A stretch of DNA of 64,000 nucleotides from Lingula anatina (lineage: Eukaryota; Animalia; Brachiopoda), in the NCBI GenBank assembly GCA_051362555.1, contig CM120642.1:7254001-7318000 (forward strand), written 5' to 3'. Of this stretch, positions 14,816 through 28,900 are shown in pieces. The position numbers and the translations under genes were made by a program. The notes below the pieces were generated by a model that ran no database searches, was not told the origin of the DNA, and was given only the letters and a program-made list of their open reading frames with translations. Each line of letters begins with the position of its first letter. Position 1 is the stretch's first letter.

Positions 14816-17800
14816 GGAAGGGGCGTGTGGAGCCCATTAATTTAAGAGAACAAGGATTAAAGTTATCATGAGTTACGGGAGAGAGAGAGAGAGAGAGAAG
14901 ACATAAACCTACAACTTGTCATATCACACAATTCAATATGTCACAGGGGACGACCCAGAGCCATTCAGACATAGTCCCCAATGTGACTCTATGTGACCAT
15001 GCACCATGTACAGGGGTATCTTATTTCAAAGGTAAATATGGATCTAAGGTGAGAGTTAGGGCAGGGCAGAAAAGGATCAGGTCAAGCGACATAGCACAAT
15101 ATTTTAGTGATGCTTACATCTGAGCAGTTCTACACAGTTGGGAAAATGTTTACATAGTGTGAGAGATATATATATATATACTAGCATGTTATAGGTCATA
15201 TTGCGTGTTGCACCCAAGGCCCCTGTTTCACAATAAGACTGTACTATTAAAAGAGCGAAAAGTTGCTCGTAACTCTCACTTTTTCTCTCATCTCCATCTT
15301 TCTCTCAATCCAATTCTACCCCACGTTCAAAATATATCTTATTCCTTTGACCAAGCGTCCATAGGATTATAAATGCACCTTATAAAGATCAACATCTTAT
15401 GCAGGCACACCTACTAACACCTCCCAGTGCCCCAGACTTCATGAGATTTAGCCAGACAAGTCACATATCTCCACTAATGTGCCCTTTGGGGTAGCTAATG
15501 ACCCATGTAATTACCTCCTTAATTAGATTATCTGCTATATATACATACAGGCAGCTTTTGGCTGGCACTTTAGCACTCAGATACCACCAAATATCCCTTC
15601 TTAACACCATCTTTTTTTTACTAATCCACAGACCCATTGGCCAAAGGGGGTGGGGGTGAGGGGTTAAAAAAACCCACCTTTTTGGTCAGAAAAGGTCTAG
15701 ATTCTACATGCCATCTACTGAGTTGTGCTTATGACAAGGGTAAAAGGAACACTTTTCCCCAAGAAACTGCTTTAAAATTGCTGGATACAAACCTTATGCA
15801 ACCCGGTATAAATGAAAATTTACAGTGGGGGCTGAGATCTTCACTTTACCTTTTAAAAATAATATAATAGATATATGGTTAAATGGTTTTGTGTAATGCT
15901 CATGCCAATCAAAAGTCCTCCTGTTGACACTCAGGTGACTCCTTGTCATATTATTACAATAACTGAACTAAGCAAAATTTGTATTTCATAAGAGTTTCTC
16001 TTTTGGATTATGAAATACATTACACCATTAGTTGTATAACATAAATTCTACCCTGGCCTTAATATGGGGTAATTAATATGGCTTAAAGATTGATATATTT
16101 TAGAACCAAATCAAATTTAAGACAAATCAATGAGAAAAGCAGGAAAACAGCTCAATTTTCAAACATTTGACAAATGCAAAGTAGAATTTTCTACTTGGCA
16201 ACAAAGAGAGTCAAACATAAACCAAGCCATCAAATTTAGTCTGATCAATACCAAAATATTTGGCATAACTGATTGTAGATATAACTTTTCACACATTATA
16301 CTTTCAGAAAAATGTATCAAATCTCCAACACAGGAAAAGGCAACAAGTTAAAGAATACTTACACTTCATTTGCTGTTCTGCTTCTCTATAAAAGATAGTC
16401 CAAAGGTATTTCCTTGGGCAATTGCCTCACTTTCAACATAGCATACATATATACTACAGAGTAAACAAAAATGAAAGTGACTTCTATTAGACTAAAACAA
16501 CAAGCATTCTAATGCACTGAATAGAGTCACTGATGCAACAGTAACATCCCCAGTTCAATCATAATATTCTACAATGATGGCACAGTGCTGAGACCCAATT
16601 TAGACTTTTAAACAGTTAATCTATTGACCTGTACAAACAAACCATGCACCCTTTTAGCATGTATCGATTGCACCTCTCCCTTTCAATCAATAGGGAATTT
16701 CAATCAATTGACCCTGATGCAGTTTGGTTTCGTAACAGGGTTGGCTTAATGTATCTTCACAGCAATGGGCACAGTAAAGGGAAAGAGGTTATTCTGGACT
16801 CATCTTGACACATTGCCAGCTAGAAGCCAAACGTTTTCATAAATTAAATTTAAAAATTAACTTTTTCTTTCAAAAATCATTCTTTGGTTCAGTGCAATAC
16901 ATCAATTTTTTCTAACGTCATTTTTTCTAGTTAAAAATTTTACTCAAATCAAAAACACAAGCATGGTTATTCAACCCATATTGACTACATAACAGAAAGC
17001 TGATCATGCAGCCAAGGACTAATTTTTTGTTTTTTGAAATTTGCCTTTTTCTAGCAATAAGAATCAAAGCATGAAAGTTTTCCTGTTTGAGACAAAATTT
17101 TCTCACTCATTAATTCATAGCATGAAGTTTATTCTTGCCAAACCAAAAAAGTTGTTCATACACACAAATAGAAACTTTGGAAACAAAAAATATACAAAAT
17201 CTATAATCTACTTTCTTTTTTCCCCCTTTAACTAACCGAAAAACTTAAACAACTGATAAAATTACATGTACCAGCATAAGCAAAGTAGCAAGTGTAACAA
17301 AGCAAGAATTTGGATGATGTAAATGATGGCTTGTATTGTGCGAAAACGCCTAATGTTCTATTCATTCCCAAACTCTTTCTGGCTGAAAGAACACAGAGAG
17401 CCGACAGCATGGTTTCTGACCTCGTATCCCTGGCCAAACCCATGTGAACACCAAGTCAGGGCAAACTAATGTATTCCTTATTGTGTCTGGTGTTATCAAT
17501 ATTGAGGAAATAGAGATTGGGCATGTGGAAGTGTCGGAAATCAATGGGCTCAGCGGCCTATTGATGAACCACTGTATTAGTAAGCAAACACAGACAGCTG
17601 TTTGTAAAATGTTTAGAATTTTTCTTCTGTTTTGTGTTGTTTTAGTAACTGATTATTATCAAATGAAATAACCCCTTGAGATTTTCGGACAGTTTTTTTC
17701 TCATCAAGTTATATCCAAATTTATATGAAAGTATGTTTGATGTAATAACAAGAGCTAGTTGCCAAACAACTAAAAAAACTGACCATTATTTTAACCTTCA

Positions 17801-18094
17801 AACCTTAAACTACACTAGTTAATAAAACGTTCCAGCAATTTATCTTTAAAAGATCTATCATTTTAATTTATTCACGAAGTACTCACCTTGCATGTCAAAG
17901 CTTTAAGATTAACTTGTACAAAAATTCCATAAGATATATTTTCAACATAAACCACCTTGACAAGTACTGAATAAAATTTGATTAGAAGAATAAATTTATT
18001 ATCATTTATCATCAAGGGGTTCACTAACTAACTGCCTGATATGAAAAATACTTCAAAATGATATCCATATCTTCTAAAACACATGCACACATCT

Positions 18095-18370
18095 GTGGCT
18101 GGGTTCACAATAAGACTAGAGCATGTATTTATTTGGTCTAAACTTAGAGCCAAAATTTCGACTTACTAAGTTAAGATAAAGCCACAGAAGTCCATTTAAA
18201 TGAAATAAGTATTGGTCTGAAACATTATGTATGTTTCTCCTGTTACAACACATTCACATTACATCATTTAATTGGACTATTTCTGACATATTTTGGGTCA
18301 AATTTGACTAAAATTTTGGTCTAAAGTTAAGACCAGTTTGCAAGCTAAAGCTCTTTCATGGAACAGACTC
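18095..18370 (-). repeat. Old dispersed (MITE-like) repeat copy, inverted relative to 3600-3875
   Basis: Visible diverged similarity to 3600-3875. Confidence 0.55.
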
Positions 18371-21300
18371 TAGACATCATGTGAAGGAAAAGTAGACAGA
18401 TATTATCAGAGCTATTAATCACATGAGACCCTCAGTCTACCTGTCCAGGTATCTAAACACTATCTACCTGTGCATCTTAAACCATTTACAGCATCCTCCT
18501 TGTTCTGAACATTTTACTCAGACACATATTCCTTACATAACTCAGTATATTCCATGTACTATCAAGGGTTTTCCCAGCGAACCCTCCAGCGGTCATTTGG
18601 ACTGCAGCCAGCAGCACAGGACGGCCTACATTTTCAAAGACGACTGGACAGCTTATGGATTTTTTGGAAATATGAAGGCTTTTCAAGCATACTTGGACTC
18701 CCTGAAATTTAGTAGGAAATCACATGTGGTAATTTTGGACAGCCTGTACCCCCAAACCTTGGAAAAGCCCCGGTAACTATCAATAAAATTCGCACATAAT
18801 GAATTGATAATTTTCCCTAAAAACACCCCTCCCCTCACCCTCCCCCCCCACAAACCACACCTCCACCAAAAAAAGTAACCCTTAGTTCTTTAGATAACAT
18901 ATACTTACACAATTCAACTAGGCCTATTAAATGACTATATACAGTCCAAAATTACTCTAACAATCAAGTGAATTTCTTCATGGTCAACTGCTTGCCACCA
19001 ACTGGTGCTATTCAGGTTGACCATGAACATTGGACTATTTTTTCTAATGCATCTGTATTATTGTCACTACAGCTGCCTGCATAACCAAATTGAACTTACG
19101 AAAAAAAGTCCATACTTCTTACCACTGCACCCTACCCTAATGTTGCTCTTGAAAATTCAGCAAATAAAATGTCACCCTGCTTTTCAAACAAAACCCAGCC
19201 CGTTCTTCTACAGAGTTCACTGGGTAAAATGCACGCACTTACATGCTGTTCAATTGATACCAGTATAGTATTAAAAGTGTGCAACACATTTGATCTCGTT
19301 AAGAACTCTTAACATGTGGCTAACCATAGTGAACATATCAAATTCAAACCACAGGAGTGAAAATCCTAGATTTTAGAGATTAACGAATTTTTTTGCTCTG
19401 CAGTCCTGTTTTTTATTCATGCTTAACCAGTTTTTCAACTTCAGTTTAACTTTTTAATATGCAAATATAACAGAAAAAAAGGCATTAGTTAAGTTGCAAA
19501 ACTAAAAATAATGTTCCGGAATGTTCAAATTATTTTGCCTACTGTGTTGAAGAAGGAGAAATTTGAGAACCAATGTAATTGTTAACACTTGAGAACTGGA
19601 ATCAATAGCCTAAACTAGAAACCGAATGGAATAATTTAGTTTATGTTGTAAAAGCACCATATTAATTAGAATTAGCTCCAACTGAAAACATTCAAGAGTA
19701 ACAGTTGTAACATCTGAATCTGCAAAATCTACTTTAAACTCAAAATTCCTCCACAAGTCTTCGTCACAAAAAATTTAACTAAAGTTATTTGCCCCTGGCT
19801 TCAGAAAAGAACCAAAGCTGATAGCTAGTTTTAAGTAAAAGAGTGCAATTTTAAGTCAATTTTGACTCTGGATACATCAGTAATATCCACCAAAATTAAA
19901 TCTGTCTAAATCAATTTATAACCTTTTTTAACTTTTTGTGGAATAGATCCAATATTCTCATTTAACTGAACTCCAATTGATAAATCCTGGATCAAAACAG
20001 GCTCAATTTTTGACTGAAGTTCTTATGTGAAGCCAGTCACAGTCTAAGACTTGGATGGTCATCTGTCACCCTGAAGGGCCTGTCACGGCTGTTTATCTGT
20101 CCCTGGCATCAAGTAACATGGAGACAAGTCTGTACAATGACATGACAAATGTGGTTCAGTGTTGTTTGTTATTTTGTAACAAGGCACAGCAAAGACTTTG
20201 TGCACATCCGAGATTTTTTTTTCAATTTTGTCGCAGGCCTTTATAATTAGCAGTCCTCAAAACATTGACATTTTATTTATTCATGATTAAATCAGTAACA
20301 AGAGAACTAAAATTTGCCTGCACTAGTGTCAAGGGCTACTTTTCAAATTATGCCTAAATATTTTTATAGTGTTATCAAGAAAAAATTTATATAAAAGTGC
20401 ACCTGTTTGCCCTTCAATCCAGTATTTACAAATAATCCTTAAGAATTTTCTCACTTATCTTTCAGATTTATTTTCAATATTATCCAGCCCAGCTTAAGAA
20501 TACTCGTAAATACAAGCTTTTCATTGGATTCAATCCTCCTAAAAAGCTTAATCACCTAATTCCCATGGATCTTAGTTTACCAAAGACTAGAATATCACAA
20601 TATTTTTGCATGACCCAAGTTTATTTTGTCCCATCAGTAAGCCTTCCTTCCCAACACTGGCATTCACCCTTATCACAAGCCACTTGAGGTCTCGATTTTC
20701 ACCAATGACCGCCACTGAATCATACATGTTCCAGGCCTAATCATATAACACAGAAATCAGTGCAGTGTATAATACAACAGAGATTAAGTATCATATGTAA
20801 TGTTCATTGCATTATGGCTTAAGTCACCATAACGAGGGTACGTAACTTATTGTGACAGATATCGGGGAATTATCCCTCTTATGCATGCAGCCACCCCTAA
20901 GTTAGACTCACAATGAATAAACGCCTTTGGATTTTCAACCTGAATTATTCCCCATGTTATTGTGGTGTTTGTATTAAAAGCCAACCTTGAAAGCGCTGAC
21001 CATCAACACAGTTAACATCCATAGAAAAAGTTAATAGCCAGTCTCTTAAGTAAAATAATAACAGTGGCCCAAGGGTGTCAGGGAATTTGACAGTGAGGCA
21101 GTGGAATACCTATACATTCCATTATTCAATGACTGGAAGGCAGTCTGTGTGCTTGTCAAATAAAGATGTTATTGAATGATCAGCTAAGCAAGTGACCACC
21201 ATCTGAGATTTGGGCAAGCTGACCATGGGATAAGGATCTGAGAATTAAATTTAAATGCCAACATTAACAACCACTGAGTTAAGCTAGCAATGATGTTAAA

Positions 21301-22076
21301 CAGTTGACATGGTTTCAATCAAAAAGTACTTTTCACTCTCTAACAATCTTGTAAAAAAATCATCTGTAAGTTTTATTTTAAGTACTTTGCTATTTCACCC
21401 CCAGTTTAAACTCAGCATGTTAGTGAATCACAGTATTATTAATCATACATCATAATTAAATTTCATGTTAATTATTACCCCCTCCTCCTTTCACAAAACA
21501 GAAAGAAACCAAACTTTTAATACACATGCAAAATGTTTTTTAAAGTATTTTAAGCAAGTATATTTTTTCGCTGATGATATTCAAAACATATAAGGCAATC
21601 CAGTAAAAACTACTTTCGAGTGCCTTAAAAATCCTTTTTAACATTCAAACGGGCAGTCACTTTCACAATACAGAGGACATCACAAGACCAAAAATTATAA
21701 TGAAAAGATATTAAAAACACGCACATGAAAGGAAATTCCTTCGGCGTCGTATTTTACTTGCAAAAGCAAAATACAGGTACAATTACAGCACACAAGATAA
21801 GTCCACGAATGTAAATTTCAAGTCCGGCACCTATTCCTCATTGAATTGCAGATGAGTAGCGCCCCAGCTTCTAAACGAGTCCTGTACTCGACTTTTTATG
21901 TCATAGTTTACACCGACAGTGTTACCTGGTGTAAGCCGCACGGTCCCAGCCCCCCCAAAAGGATAAAAAATACAACCCCAAGCTTCAGCTCGTCCACGTA
22001 ATAGCTTAATAAGCTGCAATTGTCCTATAGTGCAATTAAACCTTTTAATTTCTGCAACAAAATATCGTGCACTTAC

Positions 22077-22103
22077 CTTAAACATGATTGAAACGACGCT
22101 CAT
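22077..22103 (-). CDS. Probable first coding exon (MSVVSIMFK) of an unidentified divergent gene
   Basis: The minus strand reads ATG AGC GTC GTT TCA ATC ATG TTT AAG|GTAAGT, a perfect donor, about 100 bp from the ARMC3 promoter in a CpG-enriched patch. No further exons were confidently found in the window, and the exon could be non-coding. Confidence 0.55.
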
Positions 22104-22159
22104 TCAACCAGTGTTTACATTCGTCCGCTTGCTGCATGCCACCTGTTCGAGTTCACGCT

Positions 22160-22219
22160 TTTGGTGACGTAGTACACATATTGCACATTTCTAGTGACGT
22201 CATTTAGCAACAACGCAAC
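22160..22219. promoter_or_regulatory. Putative bidirectional promoter core with CRE and X-box-like motifs
   Basis: TGACGT at 22165-22170. A full CRE palindrome TGACGTCA at 22195-22202 overlaps GTCATTTAGCAAC, an RFX X-box-like site with a strong TAGCAAC half-site. CpG is locally enriched at about 21720-22400. Confidence 0.6.
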
Positions 22220-22256
22220 ACAAGTTGGAAAGTGAGATCGAAGTGATTTCATTTTG
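22205..22256 (+). other. ARMC3: Probable non-coding exon 1 of ARMC3 (start approximate)
   Basis: Strong donor TTG|GTAAGT at 22257, just downstream of the promoter motifs. The acceptor ttttAG at 23295-23296 lies 12 nt before the ATG, which implies an upstream UTR exon. Confidence 0.6.
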
Positions 22257-23308
22257 GTAAGTTTTGCATCGTTTTTAGCAATGAGGTTGATGGAATATAA
22301 GTCTGCTTAATGCTCAAGAATACTCCCACTTTTCAATGTTAATATGCTTAGCTATGGAGTTAAGGATTACTTAAAAATAGTAGAAAAGCCGTCGACATTT
22401 TGAATTAGTGGTGTCTACACTGTGTCTTATTGTATAGTCCATACTATAGTTTTGGGGAGACTGTTACCAGTACACTGTGCATGTGCATCACGTCATCAGC
22501 TACATGTAAGTAAGTGTGAACTTGTTTAAAACCAAAAAAAAACGCATTTGTGTGATATGCACATACCAACAACAGCACTGATACAGTATGTCTCTTGTAA
22601 AGTCATATTTTCTGTGCCCTTAATTTATATTACCTATGTCTACATTTCTACCACTTTAATGTCTTTAAACCCCTCAAATAAAATCTCTCATGTTGTTGTA
22701 TACTTCTGAAATGTACGGGAAAGTGTTGGGTCAAAATCACTGGCTCATCATACAGAACTAAATTGATGAAATAGATACACCATAAAACATTTGAATTAAG
22801 TGCAGGGGGGAATGTAGCAATGGTTGGTGAGTATAAGAAAATTCTCTTTTGAGGTAAATTTTGTGTGGTGTTAAAATCACAGTTAAGATAGTCTACCTTT
22901 ACTTACATAAAGTATGCTAAAGAATAAATTAAATCTGTAATTTATTTGTTCAAATAAAGTAATAAGAAAAGTAAGTATAATGTATCCTATTCCGTATGCC
23001 TCACCATTTGTACTGAAAAGAGGAAATCAGGATTTTTGCAATAGATTTTTCGTCTGAGTTAAAAGAAGCTAGCTTGCATGAGGGATACTGGCAGCTAAAA
23101 TAAGACCAGAAGCTCAAGTAATTGACATGTCAAGTACCTGCATTTTGTTTCATTATATCCTTTCAATGAAAGGGGAAAAGCCACAAGGTTGTTCGTAGTA
23201 AGCATGCACTAAAATGTATATATTATATCAGTGTATTAAGTAAACTTTGCAGCTTTATTTTCACTTAGCTGACTTTTTTTCATTCTACAATTTTAGATCA
23301 CATAGAAT

Positions 23309-23356
23309 ATGGGTAAAAAGGTAAAGAAGGAAGAGAAGACAGCACCAGATGATGTG
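23309..23356 (+). CDS. ARMC3: ARMC3 coding exon 1 (MGKKVKKEEKTAPDDV)
   Basis: ATG at 23309; donor GTG|GTAAGT. Confidence 0.92.
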
Positions 23357-24491
23357 GTAAGTTATAATTGTGAAAGTAAGGGAAGTGCATTAAAAAGACT
23401 AAAGATATTTTAATTATACCTATTGGGTACAAATTGTTACTGCCATAATCAGTAAAAATCTAGTGAGGGCATTGCCAATTTTTTTTTCCTTTTTAGCCTA
23501 CTAGCCCTTCAGGCCACTAGAGTCTTAGAACATAGGCCAGTGATTGAAAAAAGTTTCAAAATCCGACTGACTTATTTATTTATTTATTTATTTATTTATT
23601 TTTCTTTCAAACATTATTTTATTTTTATTTTTTATTTTAATTAAGAATATGCTTTAGCATATATAGTCATGGTTTGGTTCATTTCTTATTTGCTTATAAT
23701 TTGGCCAGAATGGAAATATAATTCTAATGATTGGCTGCATTCATATTGCGTTAGATGTGACACAATTAGATCATTGTGTTTTGTTTCTCCAGTTTGACAC
23801 ATTACTGGTGGAGAGTCGCCAGGCTGCCACTGTGGTGCTGATGTTGGACAGCCCAGAGGAGGAAGTGCAATCCAAGGCCTGTGAAGCCATTTACAAGTTT
23901 GTTGACAAATGTGAGTATGAGTGGCAATCTAGACATGTTTTTAAGCTGAAGTACTGGGGTAAGCTCTGATGTAGAGCATTAAGTATGACAATTTTTTTAT
24001 CTGGGGAATGTTTAAAATTTTAACCAAAAAGAAGATACTTCAGGAAGAGGCTCACACAAAAGTGAAAAAGCAATTAGCAGTTTTAGACAACTGGAATCTG
24101 GTTCAGATCAAAAGATTAAACACTTATTGACACATTACCACTTTGTTTGCCAATCCCTTTTAATCAGTGAAAATAAGTGTCTCCTCTGCATTAACCTATG
24201 GCTGTGGCAAATGAAACAAGAAAAAGATTGTGTGAAGTGTATTTAATGAAAGGTATACTGTTAGATACATAATAAATTTTTTGCTAAAATTTTGTGGCAT
24301 TGTGATTTAACAGATTTACCAATTTGTGATATGCTGTAGTACATGTAAATAATTTTTTTTTTCAGGTGATGAGAACAAGAAAGTTCTGATGGATCTTGGG
24401 GCTGTGGAGAAGATGCTGAAACTGATGCAGAGTGAAGACAGAATTGTGAGAAGAAATGCACTCATGGCATTTGGTGTTATGTCTGCACATC

Positions 24492-24579
<88 letters not shown>

Positions 24580-25920
24580 CACACACACCAGTGCACACAA
24601 ATATGCATGTAATGTGGTTGCCTCTTCTTGTTAAGATAGTTTTATTCTGGTTACAGTTACTGCCTGTTATACATATATTAGAATGTTATGATATATACTT
24701 TATTTAAATGTCTTCATTACAGCTGATGTCCGCAAGCTTCTTAGAAAGCAAGAAGAATGTATACCCACAGTTGTTTCACTGCTCAATCCAGAAGGTAAAT
24801 ATTTTTTTTTTCAATAATAATGTATTTATCATGAGTGAGTGTCAAGTCAGCATATTAAGACTCATAACCTGCAGAGTTAAGTTTTTCATATATGTCAAAG
24901 AAAGGTTTATTATTGAAAGTACAGATATTGAAAAAAAGCTAATCCTGTAGGTTGAATGTTAAGATGAAAAAATACATGCTGCTGCTTACACTACTGTTTG
25001 TTTATGTAGATACAATATCAGTGATATTAATCCTTACTCTTATGATAAGAATTAACATTTCAGCAAGATTGAGATTACTAATGTCAACATTTTCTACATC
25101 TGATTTTCAGAGGACACAGTGTGTCATGAGTTTGCTGCCATGTGCCTGTCCTATTTGTCCAATGACTTCAGCAGCAAGGTGGCCATATTTGAACAGAATG
25201 GTCTGGAGCCCCTGATCAGATGTCTCTCAGCCAGTGACCCAGATGTTCAAAAGAATGCTATTGAGTCTATAGCTCACATGTTGCAGGTGAGTGTCCATGT
25301 TTTCTGGTCAAATATTACATATGAAATCAATACTACAAAGTGATTTAAATCTAATTCATATTCATTTTGATTTAGTTCATCAATTTCATGTTGTAATGCA
25401 AATAGGATGCAGTTTTAGGATTTCATAGCAAAGAAAAAATTGAATTACATGATTCATGTTAAAAGTAAAGCATGTGGTAAAGCCAAAATCAATTACCAGG
25501 TTGCATTCAGTGATGAAAATCAAAAATTTGCGTACAAATATTATATTTAAATTACAACTATAAGTTTAGTTTATCTTCATCTTGGTAAATTGAAATTAAA
25601 TCATAGTTACAACTTTTAATCATCTTCTTCATGTCAAACAAAAATGAAATTACAATTACAATTTTTCCTTCATTTTAATCTTGGCAAACAAAAACTGAAA
25701 CAACAATTGCAAAATTTTTTCAACTTCATCTTGGCATAAAGAAATTTAAAAGGAAGTTGATTACTTTTATTTTATATTCACCAGGACTACCAAGCAAGAA
25801 CAGCAATCAATGAGTTGAATGGCCTCCCCTCCATCATTGATCTGCTTAAGTCTGAGTACACTGTGATCCAGGAACTCGCTCTCATCTCACTGGAAAGAGC
25901 TGCACAAGATCGTAAGTTGA

Positions 25921-25958
<38 letters not shown>

Positions 25959-28900
25959 CATTATTATATAATCGTTGTCATCATCATTCTGATGATAGAA
26001 CTATATCATGGCGCATCAAAAATCTCAATGTACCTGACAGTTAATTTCAAATCTCTGGTTACATACAGTTTGTTTAAAATATTTTTTCATTGGGAATTAT
26101 GAATGCACATTTGACATTGGAATAAATATATCAAGCTTGCATCTACTTCAAAATAATTTTAGGTTTCCATATATGTTTTGAAATTACTATAAAGGATGTA
26201 TTACTATATTTTAGCGGAGAACAGGGCAACACTGCGTGAAATTGAAGCTCTGGACACACTGATCAAGTTCATAGGCACGCCCGAATACAGCGACTTGCAT
26301 GTGTACGCTGTTCAAGTGCTGTCGAATTGTCTAGATGATATAGAAAGTATGGAGGTGAGTTGTGGGGCTCAGGGTTGTCCATTCATATTTAATATTGAAA
26401 AGCAAGTTTTAGAGAAATGAAGATATAGGTTTTCCTCTCTTTTTCTTTTACCATAATAAACTCATTTTATTAATTTTTTTATCAATATGTAAAAAAGAGA
26501 AATGTTAACAGTTTGTGTGTACGTCTGCGTTAAATTTAAATATGAATCATACATTAATATTTATCATTTTTTAAATGTGAAACCCTTGTGCCTCTAAGTG
26601 AAATCTTATGATAGGTTTTACTATGATTTATTCCCCTTTATCAGCAAATCAAGGAAAGCGGAGGGCTTCAGAAGCTGGTTGCTTTTATCACAGATGTTGC
26701 TCCCCCTGAAGATGAACCCAAGGCAAAGGGAGGAAAAGGAGAGAAAGGAGGAGGATCTAGGAAAGGAAAAAAGGGAAAAGATGATGATGGTAACATTCAA
26801 TAACATGCTCTTTTAATAATTTTGTTTGGATTTTTGTTTTTCTGCATTTTTGTACCCAGTGTTAAAATTTTCTTACCAGTTCCCAAAGACCAAAATAGTT
26901 ATATTGACTAATTGTCTGTAATTTTCTTCAGAACCCTACTCCATTTTTTTTTTACTTTTCTAAATTTATGAGATGATCATACTACAAAAAAAAAAAGAAA
27001 AAATCATGAAAAAGAAAATAACCAATACAAATACACTTGTCAAAGTGTTTGGATTGTTAAGAAGTGCAATTTTTCTCTTTTTTTCAGATGAAAGTAAGCA
27101 CAAGGGGAAAGGAGGCAATGAGGGAGACATAGTACCCACTTTACCTGATGTCAAGCAGTTTGCTGCCAAGGCAATTGCAAGAGCAGCAAAGAATGGTATT
27201 TTTTTCTTAATTTTTTTTTTTCTTAATTTTAATTTTATTTTAATCTGGAAGTAAATGAATTTATTGTCACACAAATGGGATATTCTATAAGTATAATTAG
27301 TACATACTTTTATCAGTGTCATAATATTTGCTAAATTTGGTATGATAAAATTTGGAGAATGATCAAAATTTGACAATAAGAAAATGCGACAAAACCATAA
27401 CCGTTGCCAAAAAATAAAGTGAAACTTTCGTATATACTAACACCAACCCATCTCAGAATTTGGTATATGAAATATAGGAAGATTCTCTCTACTTTTTATT
27501 TTTCTCTTCTTATTCCAGCTGAGAACAGGAAAGTTCTTCATGAGCAAGAAGTGGAGAAGATGTTGATCATCTTGCTGGGCCACGAGGAGCCTCACGTCCA
27601 AGTTGCGGCCTGTCAAGCTCTGGCTACCATGGCAGAGAATCTTACATGTAGAGATGCCATTAGAGAGTGGGGTAAGAGGATTTTTTTTCTTTTTTGAAAG
27701 ATTGTCATATTCCACCCAGCACCATCAAATTTCCAAAATGGTAATAATGATAGACACTTTTTGATATGAATTTTATGATGAAATTGAAAAAGTTAACTTT
27801 GTGAGTAATTGTTATTTTACCATTTATGATTTAAAACATAGGGCACTTTATTTCTGTTTTCTTTTATTATTTAAATTTTATATTGCTTAGTATTGTATTC
27901 CCAAATTTTCTGTCCTATGTTTGGGGTACTTCGTGTATTAGAAGTATTTGAAATGAAAATGGATATTATTTTCAAATTGTTACTAAGTTGATCCTCTGCA
28001 TACAATGTCATTTTCTTATGAATGTACCATTTTACATATGGAATAACAATATTTTATAAATAATGGTATATTTCACTTGACTGTGATTTCAGAGGGAATA
28101 GAGCCCCTTGTGAAGCTTCTTAAAAGTGACAATGGAGAAGTGAGGGAAGCTGTCACACTGGCCTTGGCCAATCTTACCACAGCTAACAGTAACAACTGCA
28201 AGTAAGTTAATAATGGTGATGATTTATTTCTTAATAAAAATGATTATTCATTTAGAAAAATTGCAGTGTTGGTTGAAGATTTACATGATTATGCTGAAAT
28301 GATTATTTATTTGTGAATATATGCCCAGTTAGAAGTTTTACATGATTTTGCTGATGTGATTATTTATGCATAAATGTTAAGAACAAAATATACTCTTGCA
28401 CTGCAGAAAGAGATATGTATATAAATATTTTTTACTACTAAAATGTTATGACTAGTGCTTTTCTGGTATATGTTATTATTTCCATTCATTCAGTGAGGTG
28501 ATCAACTTTGGTGGTATAGAGCCCCTGATAGGCATGCTAGGAGACCCTAAGGAGGGGGTGGTGGCCAACGCTGCCGTCGTGCTGACCAACATGTCACTGG
28601 ACGAGGTCATGAGGGTCAATATACAGGCACAGGGGGTCATCTACGCCCTTATTGACCCTCTGAGGTCGAGGTGGGTATACAGCTGACTTTTTTTCACATT
28701 TCATGGTAGTTATTAGTACCACCAGCGTGTACGCTGGCGGTACTCATGGTTTTAGTCCCGACCCATCTCGTACAGCTCCGCCGGCCCCATGGGCTCCTGC
28801 GGCTCCGCCGGCTCCTGCGGCTCCGCAGGATGGCGTGGGATACAAGTCACCGTTACCGCTTCTCCTCCTAGACCGCAAGGACCTGTGTCCCCATCTCTTG

